Positions 1 to 7,163 of a DNA stretch of 16,323 bases are shown here, one piece after another. The DNA is from Bdellovibrionota bacterium (GTDB lineage: Bacteria; Bdellovibrionota; UBA1018; UBA923), in NCBI GenBank assembly GCA_040754655.1, contig JBFMCE010000089.1:1-16323 (forward strand), written 5' to 3'. The notes beneath the pieces were generated by a model. It did not search any database and was not told the DNA's origin. It saw nothing but the letters and a program-made list of their open reading frames with translations. Within the stretch, counting starts at the first letter, position 1. Each line of letters starts with the position of its first letter. The position numbers and the translations under genes are program-made.

Positions 1-450
1 CACGGGATGCTCACTTTTGCTGCGGAGGAAAAACCTAAACTAGATCTAAATAATGAATCGCAAGCAGTGCAATTCCTGAACGAGCTGGAAAGGAGATCAG
101 CGTACGAATACGATCAGATGAATGTGGCCAATACTCATGGTAATCTCCTGCACATGTACTCGCTACTCTATCCGTCTCGGAAGTGGCGCTATTTTATGGA
201 ATGCGATCCATTGGTAGTTCGAATCAAAAAAGGTAAGACGGCTATGCTGGCAGGAAATTTATCAGATGCAAAAAAAGCTTTGGAAGAACCATTTCCTCTT
301 GCCGAGTTGATTCCTCTATTGAATGAACGCAGTTTGGCTTGGCCTAGCTTTGATTTCGGCGAGGAAAACAGGTACGTCAGAGGTTTTTTCCAGGAATTGA
401 GCTTTACCAAGATTACGTTCGTTATAATACTTGGGCTATTCGCACGCTGA
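1..450 (+). CDS. Hypothetical protein, probably 5'-truncated; the natural C-terminus may lie in the -1 frame (to 524)
   Basis: Frame is open from base 1 (CAC GGG ATG) to TGA 448-450. No family motif recognised. Confidence 0.6.
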   Translation, partial: HGMLTFAAEEKPKLDLNNESQAVQFLNELERRSAYEYDQMNVANTHGNLLHMYSLLYPSRKWRYFMECDPLVVRIKKGKTAMLAGNLSDAKKALEEPFPLAELIPLLNERSLAWPSFDFGEENRYVRGFFQELSFTKITFVIILGLFAR

Positions 451-524
451 TTGAGGATGTGCAAGGGCTGGAAAAAGAGCTAGCAGTCGGTCAGGGACTT
501 TGTGAAAAGTTGCTCCAAAAGTGA
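384..524 (+). other. In-phase T_TTT_TTC run followed by a 44-codon -1 frame extension of the upstream CDS
   Basis: T6 at 384-389. The -1 frame from 390 reads PGIELYQDYVRYNTWAIRTLIEDVQGLEKELAVGQGLCEKLLQK, stop TGA 522-524. That frame is closed upstream by TGA 351-353. Confidence 0.5.
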
Positions 525-571
525 GCACCAGCCTCGTGCCACCAACGATCGGCCTCATAGGCCATGACACA

Positions 572-584
572 TAAGTTTTTGATT
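572..584 (+). promoter_or_regulatory. IHF-like binding site
   Basis: TAAGTTTTTGATT matches the YAANNNNTTGATW consensus and lies in intergenic DNA upstream of the 650 ORF. Confidence 0.35.
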
Positions 585-649
585 TAAACACCTTTTTTGA
601 GATTAATTCCATTTGCCTGTTAGGGCGGTTGTGTTGGGAGAACAAAACC

Positions 650-904
650 ATGAATAAAGTTTCAATAGTTTCTAGTATATTATTTTTTAACGTTATGTTG
701 TCTTTCGGGCTCGCCTTGGCAGATGAGAATGCTGGCAACAGCTGCGCTATCGAACAGGCTCTTGCGTCTATGAAAGGGTGGACTTGGAGTTGCGGGGCGG
801 TTTGTGTTCATACTAATTTTTTCAGTGAAAACGACGGGGTTGTCGGAGAAGGCAAATCTCGTGACGCTCTGGAAGTCTACGAAAGCCGAAAGGTTGAAAT
901 ATGA
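650..904 (+). CDS. Small secreted Cys-containing hypothetical protein (84 aa), possibly chimeric
   Basis: GGGAG RBS at 636-640, ATG at 650. Signal peptide MNKVSIVSSILFFNVMLSFGLALA|DE. The stop overlaps the next ATG (ATGA 901-904). Confidence 0.55.
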   Translation: MNKVSIVSSILFFNVMLSFGLALADENAGNSCAIEQALASMKGWTWSCGAVCVHTNFFSENDGVVGEGKSRDALEVYESRKVEI

Positions 905-1185
905 AGAACACTCGTAAGAAGAAAATGACCGCAGATCAAATCGCCGCCGCCGCAGATCGTGGTGAGGATGTGACGAAGCATTTTGCTGGAAAGGGCAAAA
1001 TGATGCCCGCCCTCCAGCGAGAGGGTATCCAGCGTATGAACGTTGATTTTACAGTACAGATGCTTGAAGAACTCGATGCTGAAGCCAAGAGACTCAATAT
1101 TAGTCGCCAGGCGGTGATTAAGACTATGGTAAGCGATGCGATCGATCGTCGTCTTCTTGCAAGAGATAAAAAGAAAGCTTCCTGA
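901..1185 (+). CDS. Type II TA antitoxin, BrnA/CopG ribbon-helix-helix family
   Basis: N-terminal 'ADRGEDVTKHF' and C-terminal RHH 'QRMNVDFTVQMLEELDAEAKRLNISRQAVIKTMV' are typical of BrnA-type antitoxins. Confidence 0.8.
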   Translation: MKNTRKKKMTADQIAAAADRGEDVTKHFAGKGKMMPALQREGIQRMNVDFTVQMLEELDAEAKRLNISRQAVIKTMVSDAIDRRLLARDKKKAS

Positions 1186-1195
1186 TGCTCTCCTT

Positions 1196-1741
1196 CTACA
1201 ATCCGTATTCCTTAGACCAAATTGCCTCCCCAATTTCGTAAAGGTCCTTCGCCAAAGCATTCAGTGCAGGTTCATCTTTAATCTCCGTAAAACTCACTCG
1301 CTTACTCAGTTCTTGATAATTTGAAGGGAATAAATGGAGCTTGTCGCAAACACCGGCTGTACCGTCTCGCTGCAAAAACAGTATTCTTGAAATGCCCGAC
1401 AATAAAATCCGAGCGGTACACATGAGGCAGGGTTCAAGAGTTGAAATCAAAGTAAGTCTGTCTTTTTGATCTTTCGAATCAGAAACTTCAAAGCTGCTGA
1501 TGGCGTTCATTTCTGCATGAGCTTCTGAACGAAACTTTGGTTTGAAAACTGTATTTCTTCCGCGACTCACTACATTGAATTTGGAGTCTACTAGAACCGT
1601 GCCTACTGAATAGTTTCCAGCAAATCCGGCTTCTATCGCTTCTTCAATAGCGGATACAATTGCCCCCTGTTTTTTTGTGATGGATGGTTTCTGTTTGAAG
1701 GCTTCAAGTTTGATTTTTAGCGCCTTTAGTTTTTCAGTCAT
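1196..1741 (-). CDS. Zinc-dependent nucleoside deaminase (cytidine/dCMP/TadA-like superfamily)
   Basis: Zn-binding/catalytic motifs HAE ('SEAHAEMNAI') and PCxxC ('TLEPCLMC'); first strand 'VGTVLV'. Confidence 0.9.
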   Translation of the reverse strand: MTEKLKALKIKLEAFKQKPSITKKQGAIVSAIEEAIEAGFAGNYSVGTVLVDSKFNVVSRGRNTVFKPKFRSEAHAEMNAISSFEVSDSKDQKDRLTLISTLEPCLMCTARILLSGISRILFLQRDGTAGVCDKLHLFPSNYQELSKRVSFTEIKDEPALNALAKDLYEIGEAIWSKEYGL

Positions 1742-1775
1742 GTTAGCTCACTTTGTTCAACTCTTATAATTTGGT

Positions 1776-2084
1776 TTATGCCACCCGCTTATGCTTGCCG
1801 GTTTTCTCGACGATTCCGATGGCAAGTCCTAGTGGCGCCAAAAGTTCGTTCAATGTCTCAAGCGTTGGATTCGAACTAGCTCGCAATAGTCTATGAATAT
1901 TTTGAGAATGCATTCCCACTTTCTCGGCATATTCGACAACGCCTACGGCTTTAATCACCTGTGCTAGCGCTATCTGGATTGGTAAGCCTTCTTTCATTGC
2001 AGCTTCGATATAGGCTTTAGCAAACTTGGGTTTTCTCAATTCCTTCTGAAGTGTTTCATCCCATTCTTTAGAACGTCTTGACAT
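1776..2084 (-). CDS. Addiction module antidote protein, XRE-type HTH (HI1420-like)
   Basis: 'FAKAYIEAAM...LAQVIKAVGVVEYAEKVGMHSQNIHRLL...NPTLETLNELLAPLGL'. Overlaps the toxin stop by 17 bp. Confidence 0.88.
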   Translation of the reverse strand: MSRRSKEWDETLQKELRKPKFAKAYIEAAMKEGLPIQIALAQVIKAVGVVEYAEKVGMHSQNIHRLLRASSNPTLETLNELLAPLGLAIGIVEKTGKHKRVA

Positions 2085-2418
2085 ATTTGCTCCTCAAATA
2101 ATCTTCCCAATATTTCTTCGCATTTTTGATATCTCGACTTTGTCGATGCTTGGTTCCGCCGATCAACAAAATCACTACGTCACGACCGTCACGTCGAAAA
2201 TAGATTCGATAGCCTGGGCCGTGATCTACTTTTGATTCCAAAACTCCGGCTCCCAAATTTTTTTCATTCGTATCAAGTCCCTGTCGCATCTTTTCAATCC
2301 GAGCTGCAACGATCGCCTTACCCATTAGATCCTGAAGCCCAATGAACCAGTCCTCAAACGGACAAGAATCATCTTCGGTGACATATTGGAGTACCTGCTT
2401 TGGCACTACGACCTTCAT
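2068..2418 (-). CDS. Addiction module killer protein, RelE/ParE superfamily toxin (HI1419-like)
   Basis: 'CPFEDWFIGLQD...KNLGAGVLESKVDHGPGYRIYF...VILLIGGTKHRQSRDIKNAKKYWEDY'. GGAG at 2428-2425 favours ATG 2418 over TTG 2430. Confidence 0.92.
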   Translation of the reverse strand: MKVVVPKQVLQYVTEDDSCPFEDWFIGLQDLMGKAIVAARIEKMRQGLDTNEKNLGAGVLESKVDHGPGYRIYFRRDGRDVVILLIGGTKHRQSRDIKNAKKYWEDYLRSKYVKTF

Positions 2419-2439
2419 AAGATGCTCCAATTACCATTA

Positions 2440-2465
2440 GTATCATTTATGATACATTTTATCAA
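2440..2465 (-). promoter_or_regulatory. TA promoter with palindromic operator
   Basis: Inverted repeat GTATCAT-TT-ATGATAC at 2440-2455, immediately downstream of a -35-like TTGATA (2465-2460, minus strand) and 21 bp upstream of the toxin ATG. Confidence 0.7.
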
Positions 2466-2558
2466 TCTCATATTTTTCTCCATGCACGGGAGGGTAACAC
2501 TGCTGTTTTCCCATATAAATATTTGAAATTGTTGGTAAATATTCTAAACCACCTTGCA

Positions 2559-2854
2559 TTAGGTCTTGTCCTTCCATCGATAGAAAAACTTCCTAACCAC
2601 GCAATATTGCCAACTCACTTTTCCTCTTCGATTTTTGATTCTTTTCCGGATAAGCTCTTGGGCAATCCGTCAAATAACAATTTCCCGTGGATGCGAAGGT
2701 GAACAATCATCCTGCAAACCTTCATTTCAAACTTGTTTGGGATGAGCTGACCATTTCTTTTTGAGAACCCATAAGGGGGCTCGTGATGGCGATAATTGTT
2801 TGGATTCGTGAGTTGAGCGTCTCGGGTCTGTCGACCAATTTAAAATCGCTTCAT
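2559..2854 (-). pseudogene. Degenerate stand-alone recombinase-domain protein (large serine recombinase RD-like, PF07508-type)
   Basis: Minus strand reads MKRF*IGRQTRDAQLTNPNNYRHHEPPYGFSKRNGQLIPNKFEMKVCRMIVHLRIHGKLLF, frameshift near 2672, then RIAQELIRKRIKNRRGKVSWQYCVVRKFFYRWKDKT*. The pattern PPYGF...G.L.PN..E...IA.EL...RG...W is the recombinase-domain signature. In-frame TAA at 2842-2840. Confidence 0.8.
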
Positions 2855-2957
2855 ACTTCCTCATCTTCGCAAAAACTCCTCAGCGCACTTCTGTGTGCGC
2901 TTGCGTCGCGTTTTACTTAGCAATTTCAATTAGATAAGGATAGTTGAACGCTTATAA

Positions 2958-2986
2958 TTGATTTAATTGGTCGTCTATATTATGCT
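2958..2986 (+). promoter_or_regulatory. Putative sigma70 promoter for the 3022 gene
   Basis: TTGATT (2958-2963), 17 nt spacer, TATGCT (2981-2986). Confidence 0.45.
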
Positions 2987-3021
2987 GCTGTGCGCTTTTT
3001 GCTATTATACGAAAATTATTT

Positions 3022-4482
3022 ATGAATCTGTTAAATACTTTCATTTTAGGAACCTGTCTCACACTCCAATTTATCGTCTCCGTTCCCGCACGCGCAGAAA
3101 CGAGCTTGATCAACAGCTCTTTTTCGATTCAAGTCCCGAAGTCAGAGCCCGGCACAGAATATATCCTCAATATTGACTATAAAGTTGATTGCGAGATTGC
3201 GATCAAGAACAAGCCTCACACGATTACTGGAAGCGTAGGCTTGCCGGGCCGTAGCTTGCGATTTGATCTTTTTGATTCAAAGAATACGACAGAGGTATTG
3301 TTAGGACGATTCACAGAACCCTCATCTCTTAAAATCACCATAGATGCAGATGCAATGGCTCAAACCGCGGGTTGTCGATTGGCGATTTTTGAGCCAAAAG
3401 TCACGCCAGCTTTAGTCCTCCCGAAGAACAAAGAAGGAAGCCGAGCGGGAATGATTTCTCGTTTGGCTCTTGCGCATTCGCCTTTTCTTGTCGTTCGTCC
3501 AGATCAGCACTCGAACCGATTTACCGACATCCCGCTTGAGGTCGTTTATCATGTTGAGTTTTTGGATCAGGATCAGATCCGTTTGATCTACACAGTTTTC
3601 TTTTCTGATGAAGACTCTAAAACATCAACTGCAGACACCGAAGGTCAAATGGCACGTTATGGGCGCCGAACCGATATTGAGTGGATCTACTCAGTGAATG
3701 TCAGACTCGATGGTTCAGTGGTTCAGGGGAGCGCAAGCTTTCAGGGCGGTGAATTTGTCACCGGGCTCACCCAAGGCGGTATTGATATCGGGCACTCGAA
3801 AAATTATTTTTCCAATAAAATGTTGGAAGGAACTGATCATCCCATCCTTTTCAATGCTGCTCTCAATAACACGTTCAAGGATGAGCCCGCCGACGCTTCT
3901 AGGGTTCAATCAGACCTCGTGGGGCATCATCTCGTTCCAAGAATCAAAGTTTCATGTCCAGACGCGCGTGAGATAGTGATGTTCAACAATCCGTGGATGT
4001 TCAAAGTGAGCGACTATGAACTGGCTTCTGAAGGAAAACTTTCCCAAGAAAGCTCAGAGTATCTCTTCGCTAGCATTCAAGGCCGTTTGAATAACACCAA
4101 GTTCCTTACGGGCGTCACCGGCAAGATGCTGTTTTCTGATGACCAAAGAGCTGTATTCAGCGGCGACGGTAAGGGGTTTATAGATCGATTGGGAGAAGAC
4201 ATGTGGCAAAGCAAATCTTACACTGCCATCCCAGTTGGAAAAGAAGAACTCCAGGAACTTAAAGCAATGAGGGTCAATGCTTCGTTTCAATGGGAAACGC
4301 AAGCTGTGGGTCTAGACCTGATCGCTTCTTGGGCGTCAGTAGAGATGAAAACCTCACCGACATTCTTTAGTTTGGTAGACGTGGCCGAAGGGCGTACCTT
4401 TCGTGTCGACCCGATCACGCCAAGAGAATGCAAGATGAATAGCGAAGGCCAGTTTGAGTCTTGTTCTTGGATTCCTTTTTGA
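3022..4482 (+). CDS. Secreted hypothetical protein (486 aa)
   Basis: Long ORF with a signal peptide ending ARA|ET and a polar core 'FTDIPL...YTVFFSDED...MARYGRRTDIEWIY'. No function recognised. Confidence 0.85.
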   Translation: MNLLNTFILGTCLTLQFIVSVPARAETSLINSSFSIQVPKSEPGTEYILNIDYKVDCEIAIKNKPHTITGSVGLPGRSLRFDLFDSKNTTEVLLGRFTEPSSLKITIDADAMAQTAGCRLAIFEPKVTPALVLPKNKEGSRAGMISRLALAHSPFLVVRPDQHSNRFTDIPLEVVYHVEFLDQDQIRLIYTVFFSDEDSKTSTADTEGQMARYGRRTDIEWIYSVNVRLDGSVVQGSASFQGGEFVTGLTQGGIDIGHSKNYFSNKMLEGTDHPILFNAALNNTFKDEPADASRVQSDLVGHHLVPRIKVSCPDAREIVMFNNPWMFKVSDYELASEGKLSQESSEYLFASIQGRLNNTKFLTGVTGKMLFSDDQRAVFSGDGKGFIDRLGEDMWQSKSYTAIPVGKEELQELKAMRVNASFQWETQAVGLDLIASWASVEMKTSPTFFSLVDVAEGRTFRVDPITPRECKMNSEGQFESCSWIPF

Positions 4483-4489
4483 GGTCTTA

Positions 4490-4855
4490 ATGAAATCGAA
4501 GAAACCGCCCTGCAAAATGATGAAAAAACTCTATGGAAATTATTCAAAAGCAGTCAGTGACCGGCTTGAGTCGCTTGATCCAGAGTTGAATCAAATCATC
4601 CAAGACATTCCCTATGAGTTTTTCTGGACGAGAGAAGGCCTAAGCATCCGTGACAAAAGCCTCATCACTGTTGCTGCTCTTGTGGCCATGGGAAAAGAAG
4701 AGCAAACCGCGATACATATGCGAGGCTTTTTGAATTCAGGTGGGAGCAAGGACGAGCTTCGTAACGCTTTGATCCACCTCGCGGTCTATTGCGGATTTCC
4801 CGCAACGATGAACGCCTTCGCGCAATTGAAGGAAGCTGAGCGGGAGCAGCAATGA
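4490..4855 (+). CDS. Carboxymuconolactone decarboxylase (CMD/AhpD-like) family protein
   Basis: 'FWTREGLSIRDKSLITVAALVAMG...HMRGFLNSG...EL...LIHLAVYCGFPA'; no CxxC. Start at ATG 4490 after GAGGT (4517 is an alternative). Confidence 0.9.
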   Translation: MKSKKPPCKMMKKLYGNYSKAVSDRLESLDPELNQIIQDIPYEFFWTREGLSIRDKSLITVAALVAMGKEEQTAIHMRGFLNSGGSKDELRNALIHLAVYCGFPATMNAFAQLKEAEREQQ

Positions 4856-4957
4856 CTGCGAATACTGCGCTAAGGAAAGCTTGGTTTGGAGTTGTGTTAG
4901 AGACAAGAGAGTTTTATGAAACTCATCTAAGTTTTAAAGCACAAGGTTTAGATCTCT

Positions 4958-6385
4958 ATGGTTTGTAAAGTCGCCGTTTTACTTGGCATCGCCTTGAGTC
5001 TGGTCAAAGGAGTTGGGTTAGCTGCCACAAAAGATCCCAAACCCCTAGGATCTCTTAAGGCTTGCCAACAAAAGCTCTCTCCGAGCGATTTGGAATCACA
5101 GAGCCAGGAGCCAATCGAAACTTTCCTAGAAGATTTAAAAGCATTGTCTTCCGCTACGAGTGCGGAAATACGCAAGAGCTATGTTGTCGGGGCGGTGACG
5201 GACAATTCGATGGTCGAAGGCTTTTTTTCCAGGGCGCGTGTGCCCGTGCCGCGTGGTCCAGGGGCCATTACTTCGGAAGCGATCCTAAAACCGGGCGCGT
5301 ATCAACACACCGACACTCGTTCGGGTAAGCCTTGGCTTGTCAGGGTAGCCGACTTTCGAGGAATAAAAGGCGTCATTTTCAATACGCATGATTCTTCGCT
5401 TGAGGCGCGCGAATTCTTAGTCTTCATGGATGCTTTGAGGAAAGGGGCGTTAAAGAAACTTAAAGGAGAGATGGCTGGCATCGCTCTTCGCATTCAGTCT
5501 GGCGCCGAAAGAGAGGCGAAAAATTATTGGGTTTTTGATTGCAGACGCTTTTACAAGCGCCACCTCGCATTCTGGGATGCGCATCCGTACAGAGGAATAC
5601 CCGAGCAGTATCGCGATTTCTTTATGGCAGGGTACCGGCAGCGTTTAGGGCTTCCAGAAGATCAAATTCTTAGTCTCAGAAGGATCAATGAGGTCACTGA
5701 GTCTCGTAGTATTTTGGTGCTTCAAACAAGTGATGGATTTGCCCGGGTGACCGAGCGCGGAGACATCGTTTCTCGTTTACCCATTCAACACGTTCCGGGT
5801 CAAAGGTTAGGCCGAGTCACTCTTGATATTGAGTCGGCCATCTCGATGGTGATTTCAAATTCTGCTGACGAGCCCACAAGAATCGAACTTTACGTGCGTG
5901 AGAAGTTGGGAAAATCAGAATACGTCCTTCCAAGAGCCCCCGGCGAAAAGACCGCCGACGTTGGAAATTATCTCGTCACAAAACAAGGCGTACATAAGGT
6001 CGGCGTGCATTTGGTTCAAAACTTGGCTACTATCGCTATGGGGGTCGGAGTAGACACTCTTTCGATTCTTGTTGCTGATCGTGCTCACCAACGCCTTTTT
6101 GCTAAGCATGGATTTCAAGTCGTGGATAATTTTTTTGAAGAACCACGTGAAATTTCTAATCCCAGTGATGAGTCAGAAAAGAAGGTTGTTTCTTACAGCG
6201 TCATGAAAATACGCGTGGAAACGCTGCTTGAAAATATTCTTAAGAAAAATTTTCCCGAGGGATCCCTGGAGTCGGCACAGGAAGACAGAGGGATTTTTTT
6301 TGAAGCTGCCTTGGAAGAAGTGGGGCTGTCTTACTTGAGTCTCTTTTATAAGTTGGAGAATGTGTTCAAACCATGGTCGGAGTAA
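4958..6385 (+). CDS. Hypothetical protein with a probable signal peptide and a C-terminal GNAT-fold (FeeM/LuxI-like) domain
   Basis: Hydrophobic N-terminus. 'GEKTADVGNYLV...VDTLSILVADRAHQRLFAKHGF' resembles N-acyl amino acid synthase GNAT motifs. Confidence 0.65.
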   Translation: MVCKVAVLLGIALSLVKGVGLAATKDPKPLGSLKACQQKLSPSDLESQSQEPIETFLEDLKALSSATSAEIRKSYVVGAVTDNSMVEGFFSRARVPVPRGPGAITSEAILKPGAYQHTDTRSGKPWLVRVADFRGIKGVIFNTHDSSLEAREFLVFMDALRKGALKKLKGEMAGIALRIQSGAEREAKNYWVFDCRRFYKRHLAFWDAHPYRGIPEQYRDFFMAGYRQRLGLPEDQILSLRRINEVTESRSILVLQTSDGFARVTERGDIVSRLPIQHVPGQRLGRVTLDIESAISMVISNSADEPTRIELYVREKLGKSEYVLPRAPGEKTADVGNYLVTKQGVHKVGVHLVQNLATIAMGVGVDTLSILVADRAHQRLFAKHGFQVVDNFFEEPREISNPSDESEKKVVSYSVMKIRVETLLENILKKNFPEGSLESAQEDRGIFFEAALEEVGLSYLSLFYKLENVFKPWSE

Positions 6386-6423
6386 TGTCGATAGTTGTGG
6401 TTTGAAAAATAAATCGAGTTGAT

Positions 6424-7002
6424 ATGGTTTTTGATAGAAGAAAAGTAGTTAAAACTTCCATTGCGCTCTTTTCAAGAAAGGGTTTTATGGGCACAAGTCT
6501 GCAGGAAATTGCAGATCAATGCGGAGCTACTCAATCTAATTTAATTTATCATTACAAGAGCAAGGCGAATCTTTTCAAGGAGACTGTAGGTTACATCGTT
6601 CAAAACAACCATGACATTGTCGTGCGAGCGATGCGCAAAGAAGACGATGCGAGAACTAGGATTGAAAAGCATTTCAAGGGGAATTTATCTTGGTGCGTAG
6701 CTCATAAAGACGAAGCCCAAATCGTGCTTCTTCTCTATTACTTCTGCACTTTTGATCCTGTTTTTTCTGAGGTTTATCAAAAAATATTGAAGGCCGCCAT
6801 CAACCGGCTTGAGGAGTATATCCTGGCCGGGCAGCGAGAGGGGCTCTTTTCGAACGACATTGATACCAGGATCGCCGCCTCCATTCTTCAAGACTCTTTG
6901 ATGGGAGCGCTGGTCAATGTCGTGGCTCATCCAAATCCTGCTGAAGCTTCAAAGTCCTTGAATCAAAAGTGGAAAGTTCTTTTCCAGACCGTACTAGGAT
7001 AG
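6424..7002 (+). CDS. TetR/AcrR family transcriptional regulator
   Basis: N-terminal HTH 'SIALFSRKGFMGTSLQEIADQCGATQSNLIYHYKSKANLF'; C-terminal 'AGQREGLF'. Confidence 0.95.
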   Translation: MVFDRRKVVKTSIALFSRKGFMGTSLQEIADQCGATQSNLIYHYKSKANLFKETVGYIVQNNHDIVVRAMRKEDDARTRIEKHFKGNLSWCVAHKDEAQIVLLLYYFCTFDPVFSEVYQKILKAAINRLEEYILAGQREGLFSNDIDTRIAASILQDSLMGALVNVVAHPNPAEASKSLNQKWKVLFQTVLG

Positions 7003-7089
7003 TGCGCTATGACGCAACTTGTTGTTTGTTGTTAAAAACACACAGGCGATTTCCCACCGCAAAAGGTTGGCTTTAGTTCATTGTTTTTA

Positions 7090-7131
7090 TTGACTACGTA
7101 TTAATTTGTAAATACTGAGCAGTACTCAGTA
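7090..7131 (+). promoter_or_regulatory. Promoter with TetR-type palindromic operator
   Basis: -35-like TTGACT at 7090-7095. Inverted repeat TACTGAG-CAGTA-CTCAGTA at 7113-7131 covers the expected -10/+1 region of the 7164 gene. Confidence 0.65.
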
Positions 7132-7163
7132 AGTGCAACATATTAATCAAAGGTGGTATATTT

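Noticed and set aside
436..738. Minus-strand 100-aa ORF and the other short overlapping ORFs in the track (e.g. 189-464, 877-1260, 2967-3176, 9102-9482, 9600-10133, 12440-12745)
   Set aside because: They are antisense or alternate-frame shadows of better-supported genes, with no recognisable motifs.
629..904. Calling this ORF an intact BrnT toxin because of its position
   Set aside because: It lacks the BrnT N-terminal 'FEWD..K...N..KHG' pattern and has a signal peptide. At most the last few codons resemble BrnT.
1196..1741. Assigning the symbol tadA
   Set aside because: Only superfamily motifs are present. TadA-typical EVPVG, DPTAHAE and D.K.GA are altered, and the context is accessory.
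4490..4855. pcaC or ahpD assignment
   Set aside because: No CxxC (so not AhpD) and no protocatechuate pathway genes nearby. Family-level call only.
4909..4957. Palindrome GAGTTT-TATG-AAACTC and an ATG at 4916 in frame with the 4958 gene
   Set aside because: 6-bp arms are expected by chance, and two stops (TAA, TAG) intervene before 4958.
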